Shown: positions 8,109 to 16,280 of the stretch, piece after piece
Layout: each line of letters begins with the position of its first letter
Position numbering within the stretch: the stretch's first letter is position 1
From: Aquisalimonas lutea
GTDB taxonomy: Bacteria; Pseudomonadota; Gammaproteobacteria; Nitrococcales; Aquisalimonadaceae
Direction: 5' to 3'
DNA length: 24,000 bases
NCBI RefSeq assembly: GCF_030409225.1
Contig: NZ_JAUFPK010000007.1
Span: 89,169-113,168, forward strand
Position numbers and translations under genes: made by a program
The notes under the pieces: model-generated
What the model saw: only the letters and a program-made list of their open reading frames with translations
What the model was told of the DNA's origin: nothing
Databases searched by the model: none

Positions 8109-8777
8109 ATGTCTACAGTGAAACCATCGATCTCCCGCGCCGTTACGGCGCTTGTCGCGCTGGGCGTCGCGCCAGCAGCCCTGGCCCACCATCCGCTCGG
8201 CGGCATGGAAATGACCACCTTCATGCACGGGATGCTCTCGGGGGTCGGTCACCCGCTGCTCGGTTTCGACCACCTGTTCTTCATCCTGCTGGTGGGCGTC
8301 GCCGCGGCGTTCACCGGGCGGCCCTACACCGCGCCAGCCGGGTACATCGGCGCCATGCTCGCCGGTTGCGTGCTGATGACCTTCGGCGTTGCGCTGCCGG
8401 GCATCGAGGCCGTGATCGCCCTGTCGCTCCTGGTGCTCGGCTATCTGGTGCTCTCCGGCCGTGCCCTGAGCTTCGGTGCGGCCCTGGGCCTGTTTGCGCT
8501 GGCCGGGCTGTTCCACGGGGCTGCCTTCGGCGGGGCCATGGCATCGGCGGAGGCCGGTAGCACCGTGCAGGTGCTGGTGGGCTATCTCCTCGGCCTGGGC
8601 CTGCTCCAGTACAGCATGGCGGTACTCGCCGGCTGGATGACCCGCAATGTCTGGCAGGCGCGGGATGCCACCGCGATCCAGCCGCGTCTGGCAGGTGCCG
8701 CCGTGGCCGGCATGGGACTGTTCCTGTCGCTGGAGGTCGTGGAGGGGATGCTCTTCTCCGTGCTGGGGCTCGCCTGA
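8109..8777 (+). CDS. hupE: HupE/UreJ-family Ni/Co permease (cobalt importer predicted from the B12 riboswitch context)
   Basis: It has a signal peptide ..ALVALGVAPAALA followed by HHPLGG, the family signature GVGHPLLGFDHLFFIL, and a multi-TM Gly/Ala/Leu-rich body. The start is ambiguous: ATG 8109 directly abuts GGGG, while GTG 8118 (MKPSIS..) has better SD spacing. Confidence 0.85.
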   Translation: MSTVKPSISRAVTALVALGVAPAALAHHPLGGMEMTTFMHGMLSGVGHPLLGFDHLFFILLVGVAAAFTGRPYTAPAGYIGAMLAGCVLMTFGVALPGIEAVIALSLLVLGYLVLSGRALSFGAALGLFALAGLFHGAAFGGAMASAEAGSTVQVLVGYLLGLGLLQYSMAVLAGWMTRNVWQARDATAIQPRLAGAAVAGMGLFLSLEVVEGMLFSVLGLA

Positions 8778-8811
8778 GCCCCGTTGCGCGGCCTTACGCC
8801 GGAGATGGAGC

Positions 8812-8847
8812 CGACGCAGGAGCGCGCATGGCCGTGCTCCTGCGTCG
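8812..8847. terminator. GC-rich hairpin between convergent hupE and lysR (possible bidirectional terminator; no U-tract)
   Basis: Perfect 12-bp stem CGACGCAGGAGC (8812-8823) / GCTCCTGCGTCG (8836-8847) with a 12-nt loop. It lies 35 nt after the hupE stop and 45 nt after the lysR stop. It lacks a flanking T-run on either strand. Confidence 0.3.
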
Positions 8848-8891
8848 CGCTTGCCTGGCCGACGGCACGACCGTAGCGGGCCGTCAAGCCG

Positions 8892-9803
8892 TCACCGATC
8901 AGCCGTCTGGCCGAGAATCCATGCGACGAAGCGGTGGACGGACTCCGACGGCTCGTCGGCACGGGTAACCACGTCGTAGCCGAAGCCGCTGTCGATGACC
9001 GGGCCGAACGGCCGCATCAGGAACCCCTCCGCGAGTGCGTCGGCGGTCAGCGGCGAGCTGCCCAGGGCAACGCCCTGTCCGGCCATGGCGGCCTGCAGCG
9101 CCAGGGCGTGATCCGTGAACCGCGGCCCGCCAGTCGCCTCCACGCTCGTCTCACCCGCCGACCGCAACCAGTCCGGCCAGTCGGGCCAGCCGCCCGCGGC
9201 CGGCTGCCAGTCCAGATGGAGCAGGGTATGCCCGGCGAGATCCGCCGGCCTTCGCAGCGGCGGGTCGCCGGCGGCGAGGGCGGGGCTGCATACCGGGAAG
9301 ACCCGCTCGTCGAACAGGCGCTGCGCCCGTAGCCCGCCGTATTCGCCCCGGCCGTAGCGGATGGCGACGTCCGCCTCGCCCGCGTCCAGGTCGACGATGC
9401 GCGTCGTGGCGTCCAGGAGGACTTCGGTCTCGGGGGACCCGGCGTGGAAGCCGGGCAGGCGACGGACCAGCCAGGTACTGGCCAGCGCCGGATCCACGCT
9501 GACCGTCAGGCGCCCGCGGTCGGTTGCCTCGCGCATGCGGCGCACGGCCAGCCGCAGGCCGTCGAACGCGCTGCGCAGCGCGGCTTCGCCTGCTTCCCCG
9601 GCGGGTGTCAGCTGCCATTCCCGGTTGGTGTAGCGGATCAGGTCGACGCCGACCTGCGCTTCCAGTGCCTTGACGTGATGGCTGACCGCTTGCGGCGTGA
9701 CCGAGAGATCCCGGGCCGCCAGGGTAATGCTGCCGCGCCGGAGCAGCGCCTCGAAGGCCGCCAGCGCTGTCAGTGACGGCAGACGTCGGGCCGAGGGGGT
9801 CAT
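8892..9803 (-). CDS. LysR-family transcriptional regulator
   Basis: 303 aa. ATG 9803 has GGAGG 7 nt upstream. N-terminal wHTH: LTALAAFEALLRRGSITLAARDLSVTPQAVSHHVKALEAQVGVDLI. The C-terminal part is a substrate-binding-like domain. It is divergent from the permease gene. Confidence 0.9.
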   Translation of the reverse strand: MTPSARRLPSLTALAAFEALLRRGSITLAARDLSVTPQAVSHHVKALEAQVGVDLIRYTNREWQLTPAGEAGEAALRSAFDGLRLAVRRMREATDRGRLTVSVDPALASTWLVRRLPGFHAGSPETEVLLDATTRIVDLDAGEADVAIRYGRGEYGGLRAQRLFDERVFPVCSPALAAGDPPLRRPADLAGHTLLHLDWQPAAGGWPDWPDWLRSAGETSVEATGGPRFTDHALALQAAMAGQGVALGSSPLTADALAEGFLMRPFGPVIDSGFGYDVVTRADEPSESVHRFVAWILGQTADR

Positions 9804-9914
9804 GGAAGCGCCTCCAGTCGCTACGGACGATCAGTGGAGATTTACGTTCTCTTCCTTGTTTCCCGCGAATATCCATTCATTACAGCATGTTTACCTATCG
9901 AGTTCCCGGTTGCA

Positions 9915-9931
9915 ATCAAGCTGAATTTGAT
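9915..9931. promoter_or_regulatory. Candidate LysR box (ATC-N11-GAT dyad) in an AT-rich divergent promoter region
   Basis: ATCAAGCTGAATTTGAT contains the ATCAA/TTGAT dyad and fits the T-N11-A rule. It lies in the conspicuously AT-rich 9830-9960 stretch between lysR (ATG 9803) and the permease gene (ATG 10026). Confidence 0.35.
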
Positions 9932-10025
9932 AAAGGCCAAGAATTTCCTGCTTGCCGGGCGAGCCGCCCGTCGATTGACTGGGGGCACCGGACCGGGACA
10001 GGCCGAACAGGTGCAAGGTCACGCC

Positions 10026-11054
10026 ATGCAGTCCGACTCGACAACGGCCGCCCGCAACGCGGCTCCCTGGCGGAACGGGGAGCTCATCACCTGGCTGGTG
10101 ACGGCAGGCCTGGTCCTGCTCGTCAGCGTCACGCCGCGGCTCGATACCAGCGTCCCGGCGGCGCTGGCTGCCGAGGGGGCGGCCCTGCTGCCGATCATCG
10201 CCATCGCCGCGGCACTGGCCGGCGCCCTGGCGGCCACGGATCTGTCCAACCGCATCCTGGCGGCCCTGGGCCCGCACCCGCTGCGGGGCATCGTCATCGG
10301 CAGCGCCGCCGGTGCTGTAACGCCCGTGTGCGGCATCGCCATGATCCCGCTGATCGCCGTTCTCCTCCGGCGCGGGCTGCCGCTGCCGGCGGTCATGGCG
10401 TTCTGGGTGTCATCGCCGGTGACCGACCCGGCCATGCTCGCCATGACCGCCGGTGTGCTCGGCATGCCGTTCGCCGTTGCCAAGACGGCCTCGGCGTTCG
10501 GCATCGGCCTGTTCGCGGGCGCCGCGACCCGGGCGCTGCCCGTCGGCGCCTCCGGCGATCGCCTGCTACGGGCCGGGGTGGCCGATGGGGCCGACTGCAG
10601 GGCGTCGGGGCGCAGCGGGTGGGTGATCTTCGCCCGCGAGGCGCTGGGCAACGCCCGGCTGATCGCCCGCTGGCTGGCGCTGGCGCTGGTGCTGGAGGTC
10701 CTTCTGCAACGCTACATCCCGCCGGAGGTCATCGAGGCCACTCTCGGTAACGGCGGCGACTGGCTGGCTGTGCCCCTGGCGGCCGTGGTGGGTGCGCCCG
10801 TCTACCTCGACGGCTACGCCGCGCTGCCGCTGGCCCGCGGGCTGGCGGAGCTGGGCATGACCACCGGTGCGGTCATGGCCCTGCTGGTCGCCGGCGCGGC
10901 CGTCAGCCTGTATGCCGCCGTGGCCGTGTTCTCGGTAGTGCACCTGCGGGTGTTCGCGCTGTATATCGGGCTGGCCGTCGTCGGGGCGATTGTCGCCGGG
11001 TATACGGTTGATGCTGTCGGTGTACCGATCCCCGGGCAAGGCGGAACCGGCTGA
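10026..11054 (+). CDS. Predicted permease, DUF318/ArsP-type (PF03773, COG0701)
   Basis: I moved the start to ATG 10026 (MQSDSTT..); the track's 9834 start lies in AT-rich, non-coding-looking DNA. Family-like segment: GAVTPVCGIAMIPLIAVLLRRGLPLPAVMAFWVSSPVTDPAMLAM. A second repeat half reads VGAPVYLDGYAALPLARGLAELGM. Confidence 0.75.
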   Translation: MQSDSTTAARNAAPWRNGELITWLVTAGLVLLVSVTPRLDTSVPAALAAEGAALLPIIAIAAALAGALAATDLSNRILAALGPHPLRGIVIGSAAGAVTPVCGIAMIPLIAVLLRRGLPLPAVMAFWVSSPVTDPAMLAMTAGVLGMPFAVAKTASAFGIGLFAGAATRALPVGASGDRLLRAGVADGADCRASGRSGWVIFAREALGNARLIARWLALALVLEVLLQRYIPPEVIEATLGNGGDWLAVPLAAVVGAPVYLDGYAALPLARGLAELGMTTGAVMALLVAGAAVSLYAAVAVFSVVHLRVFALYIGLAVVGAIVAGYTVDAVGVPIPGQGGTG

Positions 11055-11106
11055 CGGCGGCTGTCGCGGTCGTGGCGCCCGGGCACGATGAGCGCCGGGT
11101 TCCTGG

Positions 11107-11451
11107 TCAGTGACCGACCGACTCGGAGAACACGTTCACGATGACGACGCCCAGGATGATCAGCGACAGGCCGAGGATCGCCGGCAGATCCAGCGACTGC
11201 TGGAAAAGGAAGTAGCCGATGAGGGAGATCAGCACGATACCGAGCCCGCTCCACATGGCATAGGCGAGACCGATCGGGATCGTCTTCAGTGCGATGGATA
11301 GCAGGTAGAAGGCGCCCAGATAGCTCACGGCCATCAGAACCGTCGGGACAAGCCTGCTGAACTGCTCGGACTTTTGCAGGAATGTCGTTCCGATCACCTC
11401 GAGCGCGATCGCCGTCGCCAGAGCGAGGTAGGTGGCGAGTAGCGGGTTCAT
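11107..11451 (-). CDS. SMR-family multidrug/quaternary-cation efflux protein (EmrE/QacE-like)
   Basis: 114 aa with 4 TM segments. The catalytic Glu is in AIALEVIGTTFLQKSE. YAMWSGLGIVLISLIGY and LDLPAILG closely resemble E. coli EmrE from memory. The ATG overlaps the tetR stop (ATGA at 11448-11451). Confidence 0.9.
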   Translation of the reverse strand: MNPLLATYLALATAIALEVIGTTFLQKSEQFSRLVPTVLMAVSYLGAFYLLSIALKTIPIGLAYAMWSGLGIVLISLIGYFLFQQSLDLPAILGLSLIILGVVIVNVFSESVGH

Positions 11452-12008
11452 GGTTGCACCGTCATGCGGATCAGCCTGGCGCGCGCGTGCGCCGTGTCGC
11501 GGGGCTCAGGCTCACTGCCCAGCAGCCCGGCGAACCAGATACCGTCGACGGCGAACCGGGCCAGCTGCAGCTCGGGCGAGGAATCCGTTTCCCCGTGTTC
11601 CTCCAGCTTGCGCTCCAGCCACCGGTTCCACCGTTCCGTCAGTGCGGGCTCGGTCAACAGGATCATGATCAACGCCTTCCAGTGGGCGAGCTCCGTCTCG
11701 GCCATCATGGCGAACGTGACGTTGATGTAGGCACGGGTAAATCGCCCGTAACGCTCCGGATCCTGCCCTGCGAGATCCTCGATATCGGCCTCGAAGCGCT
11801 CCAGCAGCTCGTCCACGATGGCCGTCACCAGGCTTTCCTTGCTGGGGAAGTGATGCAGCAGGCCGCCTTTCGTCACGCCGGCGGCGTCGGCGACCTCCTG
11901 CAGCGAGACACTGGCCACCGCCTTGGTCGCGCACAGCATCGCGCCGCGGTTCAATATCTCGCGGCGGACGACATCCGGCTGCTTCTTTCTGCTGTAGCTG
12001 GAACGCAT
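11448..12008 (-). CDS. TetR-family transcriptional repressor
   Basis: 186 aa. N-terminal HTH: VSLQEVADAAGVTKGGLLHHFPSKESL. It lies directly upstream of, and is translationally coupled to, the SMR pump gene. A perfect palindrome sits at its promoter. Confidence 0.9.
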   Translation of the reverse strand: MRSSYSRKKQPDVVRREILNRGAMLCATKAVASVSLQEVADAAGVTKGGLLHHFPSKESLVTAIVDELLERFEADIEDLAGQDPERYGRFTRAYINVTFAMMAETELAHWKALIMILLTEPALTERWNRWLERKLEEHGETDSSPELQLARFAVDGIWFAGLLGSEPEPRDTAHARARLIRMTVQP

Positions 12009-12014
12009 GGAAAA

Positions 12015-12038
12015 AACATACCATCCGGATGGTATGTT
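12015..12038. promoter_or_regulatory. Perfect 24-bp palindrome, probable TetR operator
   Basis: AACATACCATCC|GGATGGTATGTT is perfect 12+12. It is AT-rich against the GC-rich background, lies 6 nt upstream of the tetR ATG, and overlaps the candidate promoter. Confidence 0.6.
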
Positions 12039-12043
12039 GTAAA
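12015..12043 (-). promoter_or_regulatory. Candidate sigma70 promoter of the tetR-SMR operon (implies a leaderless mRNA)
   Basis: The minus strand reads TTTACA (12043-12038), a 17-nt spacer, then TATGTT (12020-12015). Only 6 nt (TTTTCC, no SD) separate the -10 from ATG 12008. Confidence 0.45.
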
Positions 12044-12211
12044 ATGCTGGCTGCCGGCACCGTTTCGGGCGTGTGCCCCGTGACGGGTAACGTGACGCGC
12101 CGCAGGAGGCGCCAGTGGCCCGTGAGGCGGAGGCGGGACGGGGATCGGAGCGTCGGCTTGCATCTTCCGGCGGCGGGCACGCGGCTCGCCTGGCGCGGGC
12201 GGTTCAGGTGG

Positions 12212-13657
12212 TCAACGACGCCAGAAGGCGGGAGTGAACAGAACCAGAAGGGTGAACACCTCCAGGCGGCCCACGAGCATCCCGAAGATCGCCAGCCACT
12301 TCACGGAGTCGCCGACCGTGGCAAAGGATGTCGCTACCTCGCCCAGGCCGGGACCGAGCAGGGTCAGGGAGGCCACCGTCGCGCCGAAGGCGGTCTCCAG
12401 GTTGAGCCCCAGCGCCATCATGGATCCGGTCAGCAGCAGGGCGGTGAGGACGAAGAGGCTGTAGAAGCCCCAGACGGATCGGATGACCTCATCCGGAACC
12501 ACCCGCCCGCCCACCTTGATGTTGGAGACCGCCCGCGGATGGATCAGGGTGAACGCCTCGCGGGAGCCCTGCAGGAAGAGCAGCATGATGCGAATGACCT
12601 TCATGCCGCCGGAGGTGGAGGCGACCGAGCCGCCGATAAATGCCAGTGTCGCCAGGAGCAAGGGAACGAACAGGGGCCATTCGGCGAACGTCGCTGTCCC
12701 GTAGCCGGTTGTCGTGATCACGGAAACCGTCTGGAAGAGGGCGTAGCGCAGCGACTCGATGGGTCCGGCATAGGTGTGTGTCATGGCCAGCGGCAGGGCG
12801 ATCAAGGCGGTCGCCGTCAGGGTGATGACCAGGAAGACGCGCAGCTCCGGATCCTGCAGGTAGCCCCGGGTTGAGCCGCGGCGCCACGCCAGAAAGTGCA
12901 GCGAGAAGTTGACCGCGCCGAGCATCATGAAGACCACGGCAATGGACTCGATCAGTGTGCTGTCGAAATGGGCGAAACTGGCGTCGTGGGTCGAGAAGCC
13001 GCCGGTGGCGATGGTGGTGTACGCGTGCCCGACGGCGTCGAACACCGACATGCCGGCCAGCCAGTAGAGCGCCGCGCAGGCGAGCGTGAGGGACACGTAG
13101 ATGGCCCAGAGCGCCCGCGCCGTATCCTGGATGCGGGGCGTGAGCTTCTCGCCCTGGGACAGCCCCGACATCTCGGCCCGGTAGAGCTGCATGCCCCCGA
13201 CCCCGAGCATGGGCAGGATAGCGACGGCCAGAACGATCACGCCCATTCCGCCGAGCCACTGGAGCTGCTGGCGGTGATAGAGAATCGAGGCCGGCAGGGA
13301 GTCCAGGTTGAGGACGACGGTCGCGCCGGTGGTCGTGAACCCGGAAATGGCTTCGAAAACGGCATCGGTGAAGCTGAGATGAATGCTCAGTATCAGGGGC
13401 AGCGCCCCCGCCACACCGAGGATCGTCCAGAACAGCGCGACAATGAGAAAGCCGTCGCGCACGGCAACTTCCTGGCGGTGGGACCACACCGGCAGGGACA
13501 GCGCCAGGCCGGCGATCAGGACGATGGAGGCGGACAGCAGGAAGTAGACGGCCTGGCCGTCGTGGTAGAGCAGGGAGACAGCAACCGACGGCAGGAACGT
13601 GACGCTGAAGAGTGCCACCAGGATCCCGACGATTCTCTGGACCGCGAACCAGTGCAT
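12212..13657 (-). CDS. trkH: Trk-system potassium uptake protein TrkH
   Basis: 481-aa polytopic membrane protein. The N-terminus MHWFAVQRIVGILVALFSVTFLP.. parallels E. coli TrkH (MHFRAITRIVGLLVILFS..). Repeated pore-loop style motifs are present (TTTGAT, ATGGFST, TTTGYGT, TSGGMKV). Confidence 0.9.
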   Translation of the reverse strand: MHWFAVQRIVGILVALFSVTFLPSVAVSLLYHDGQAVYFLLSASIVLIAGLALSLPVWSHRQEVAVRDGFLIVALFWTILGVAGALPLILSIHLSFTDAVFEAISGFTTTGATVVLNLDSLPASILYHRQQLQWLGGMGVIVLAVAILPMLGVGGMQLYRAEMSGLSQGEKLTPRIQDTARALWAIYVSLTLACAALYWLAGMSVFDAVGHAYTTIATGGFSTHDASFAHFDSTLIESIAVVFMMLGAVNFSLHFLAWRRGSTRGYLQDPELRVFLVITLTATALIALPLAMTHTYAGPIESLRYALFQTVSVITTTGYGTATFAEWPLFVPLLLATLAFIGGSVASTSGGMKVIRIMLLFLQGSREAFTLIHPRAVSNIKVGGRVVPDEVIRSVWGFYSLFVLTALLLTGSMMALGLNLETAFGATVASLTLLGPGLGEVATSFATVGDSVKWLAIFGMLVGRLEVFTLLVLFTPAFWRR

Positions 13658-13715
13658 GGCCGCCAGCGCGCTCCCGGCAGGGCAAGTTGCACTGCATCAT
13701 AGCATGCCGGCGCCA

Positions 13716-13741
13716 CTTGATGTCACTGCTTGATGTTACTG
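13716..13741. repeat. Tandem 13-bp direct repeat upstream of trkH (possible regulator site)
   Basis: CTTGATGTCACTG (13716-13728) is immediately followed by CTTGATGTTACTG (13729-13741), with 1 mismatch. It lies 59-84 nt upstream of the trkH ATG, next to a TATGAT -10-like hexamer (minus strand, 13701-13696). Confidence 0.5.
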
Positions 13742-13781
13742 CCGCGAGCACGTGACGGCCGCCTGGCTCATTCTCGACCCC

Positions 13782-14651
13782 TTACTGGCGCAGCCAGGGT
13801 CCCTGGCTGAGCAGCGCCCCGGCCGCGACAGCCACGGTCGCGATGAACAGCTCCGGGCTCGGCGTGCTCCAGCCCAGCAGGACGAGCAGCACGGCAGCGA
13901 TCACCGGCACCAGGTAGGTCAGCACCCCGAGCAGGCTCGCGGGCCCGCGGCGCAGGGCGTAGCCCCATGCCATGAAGGCCAGTCCGTAGGGGCCGATACC
14001 GATGAGCGCCGCCGTCGCCCAGTCGGTGGAGGTGGTCGTCGCCGGCATGGTCTCGAATGCCAGGTGCAGTGCCAGCGCGACCAGGCCGGCATGGAGGAAC
14101 AGGGAGTGGTAGCCGCGGGCCGACAGAGCTCCGGCCTGGCGCAGGAACACGGAGAAGGCGATCCACGAGGCGCCGCTGGCCAGTCCCGCGGCGTAGGCGC
14201 CGGCGGGCGTGGCGATCCCCTGGCTGTCGGCGAGTATCAGCGGTGCCAGGCCGGCGAAGGCCACGCCGGAGCCGAGCAGGGTCCGCGGCCGCAGCTTTCT
14301 GCCGGCGAGGCGGTCGCAGATCAGGACGAAGCCCAGCGGCCACGTATAGGTGATCAGCGTGATACGCGCGGGATCACCGCTTCCCAGCGCCAGGAAGTAG
14401 AAATAGAGCGCGCCCACGAGTCCGCCGACGCCGCCGGCCCAGTAGCGCCAGTCCCGGGTTTGCCGTTGGGCCTCCGGCGGTGCCTGAAGGTGCGCCATCA
14501 GGGTCGACAGCCCGGCGGCGCACGCCATGGCCACGGCGGCCACCAGCATGGGCGGCAGCGCCGCCAGGCTGCGAAGGACGGGCAGGCTGCCCCAGAGGGA
14601 CACCGTGAACAGCCCCGCGGATATGCCTGTAACCGCCGCCCAGTTGACCAT
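13782..14651 (-). CDS. EamA/DMT-superfamily transporter
   Basis: 289 aa with about 10 hydrophobic segments in two similar halves. ATG 14651 has GAGGGGAAG upstream. It is divergent from a LysR gene. Confidence 0.8.
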   Translation of the reverse strand: MVNWAAVTGISAGLFTVSLWGSLPVLRSLAALPPMLVAAVAMACAAGLSTLMAHLQAPPEAQRQTRDWRYWAGGVGGLVGALYFYFLALGSGDPARITLITYTWPLGFVLICDRLAGRKLRPRTLLGSGVAFAGLAPLILADSQGIATPAGAYAAGLASGASWIAFSVFLRQAGALSARGYHSLFLHAGLVALALHLAFETMPATTTSTDWATAALIGIGPYGLAFMAWGYALRRGPASLLGVLTYLVPVIAAVLLVLLGWSTPSPELFIATVAVAAGALLSQGPWLRQ

Positions 14652-14755
14652 TTTCTTCCCCTCGACCGTGCTTGCCGTGCCTCGTGACGACGCTTACGGT
14701 AGGAGCAGGGAGGTAATCATGGAAACGAAGTATCGTAATCAGGTGATCATAAATC

Positions 14756-15682
14756 ATGATGGCTGATGCTGCACCGCGCAGGCCGCTGGATCTCGTGGTC
14801 CTGCAGACGTTCGTGGGCGTGGTGGAGGCCGGCGGATTCACGGCGGCGGCGGAGCGGCTGCACCTGGCGCAATCCACGGTCAGCGCCCACATGGCCCGTC
14901 TGGAGGAAACCCTGGGGCGCCAGCTGCTGGAGCGCGGCCAGCGCCTGGCCGCGCCCACGCCGGCCGGTGAGCGGCTCCTGGCCCATGCGCGCCAGATGCT
15001 GCGGCAGAACGCCCTGGCCTGGCAGGACATTCTGGAGCAGCGCCTGGACGGCGTTGTCCGCTTGGGCATTCCCGACGACTACGTGGTGTATCTGCCCGAG
15101 GCGCTGGCGGCGTATGAATCCCGGTTCCCGGGCGTCGACCTCGAGGTCAAGTGCGGGCTGAGCGTGGACCTGATCACGGAGGTGCGATCGGGCACGCTGG
15201 ATCTGGCCGTGGTCACGCGCCAGCCCAAGAGCCCCGGGGGCGAGGTCCTGCGCCGCGAGCCCCTGGTCTGGGCCGGGTCGCCCGTTCACGACACGCACCA
15301 GCGCTCGCCCCTGCCCCTGGCCCTGTCCCGGGAAGGCGTGTGCATCTTCCGCGACAGCGCTCTTGCCGCGCTGGACGCCGCCGGCCTGCCGTGGCGGGTC
15401 GCCTATACCAGCGCCAGCCTGTCCGGCCTGTGCTCCGCTGTGCATGCCGGCCTGGCGGTGACGGTGCTGACCCCCTCGATGCTGGGCGCCGGGCTTCGCG
15501 TTCTCGGCCCGGACGACGGGCTCCCGGAGATGCCCGCCATCGAGGTGGCCCTGCACCGCAGCCCCGGGCGTCCGAGCGAGCCGGCGCGGCAGCTCGCCAT
15601 GCAGCTCCAGGAACGGCTGGATGGCGCACGGGTGCCGGGGGAGGCCGCCCAGGAGCGTCGCCAGGCTCCCGGGTCGCGGTAG
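14756..15682 (+). CDS. LysR-family transcriptional regulator
   Basis: 308 aa. wHTH: LVVLQTFVGVVEAGGFTAAAERLHLAQSTVSAHMARLEETLGRQLLER. It has a typical LysR effector domain and is divergent from the EamA gene. Confidence 0.9.
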   Translation: MMADAAPRRPLDLVVLQTFVGVVEAGGFTAAAERLHLAQSTVSAHMARLEETLGRQLLERGQRLAAPTPAGERLLAHARQMLRQNALAWQDILEQRLDGVVRLGIPDDYVVYLPEALAAYESRFPGVDLEVKCGLSVDLITEVRSGTLDLAVVTRQPKSPGGEVLRREPLVWAGSPVHDTHQRSPLPLALSREGVCIFRDSALAALDAAGLPWRVAYTSASLSGLCSAVHAGLAVTVLTPSMLGAGLRVLGPDDGLPEMPAIEVALHRSPGRPSEPARQLAMQLQERLDGARVPGEAAQERRQAPGSR

Positions 15683-15810
15683 GCGGTGAGGCAGGCGCGC
15701 CGAACGGGCCGCGCGGAACCTGTGCGGCTATGCGATGTCCGTCATTTGCAGTGGCCCCGGGACGCTCGCCCGCGACCCGTCCATCCCGCGCTGTCCGAGG
15801 AGACCCACCG

Positions 15811-16215
15811 ATGAAACACCGAACAAGCCTCCGTGTCGTGGTTCCGCTGCTGTCCGGGCTGCTCCTGCCCCTGATGCTCTACGGCCAGGACGAGCAGGGC
15901 GGCCAGAGCGCGCAGCAGGAGCAGGCTCCGGAACCGATGCAGGAACAGCAGGAATTCGATGACGAGACCCTGGAGCGCTTCGCGGATGCCTACGTGGCCG
16001 TAGGCGAGGTTCATGACGAGTACTCGGAGCGCCTCCAGGGCACGGAGGCCACCGAGGACGCCCAGGCGCTGCAGCAGGAGGCCAACGACAAGATGGTGGC
16101 AGCCATCGAGGCCAAAGGCCTGGAAGTTCAGGAATACTCCGCCGTCGCCGCCGCGCTGGAACGGGATACGGACCTGCGCGAGAAAGTGGTCCGCATGATC
16201 GAGCAGCGGCAGTAG
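15811..16215 (+). CDS. DUF4168-domain secreted protein
   Basis: I moved the start to ATG 15811 (GAGGAG 8 nt upstream) within the track's 15151 ORF. It has the signal peptide MKHRTSLRVVVPLLSGLLLPLMLYG and a Gln/Glu-rich spacer. The helical repeat ..LERFADAYVAVGEVHDEY..AQALQQEANDKMVAAIEAKGLEVQEYSAV.. is typical of DUF4168. Confidence 0.75.
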   Translation: MKHRTSLRVVVPLLSGLLLPLMLYGQDEQGGQSAQQEQAPEPMQEQQEFDDETLERFADAYVAVGEVHDEYSERLQGTEATEDAQALQQEANDKMVAAIEAKGLEVQEYSAVAAALERDTDLREKVVRMIEQRQ

Positions 16216-16280
16216 CAGCGCCCCTCGGCGGGTGCGGCCATCGCGTTGCGCGCCCCCGCGGCGGGCCGCTGCCGCAGTGG

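Noticed and set aside
12212-13657. trkH without an adjacent trkA as a possible anomaly
   Set aside because: trkH and trkA are commonly unlinked, as in E. coli. This is not evidence of anything unusual.
12029-13751. ORFs 12029-12874 plus, 12489-13751 minus and 12896-13702 plus, all overlapping trkH
   Set aside because: They are off-frame or antisense to a clear TrkH membrane protein, and their highly charged Arg/Gly/Asp-rich sequences are atypical of real proteins.
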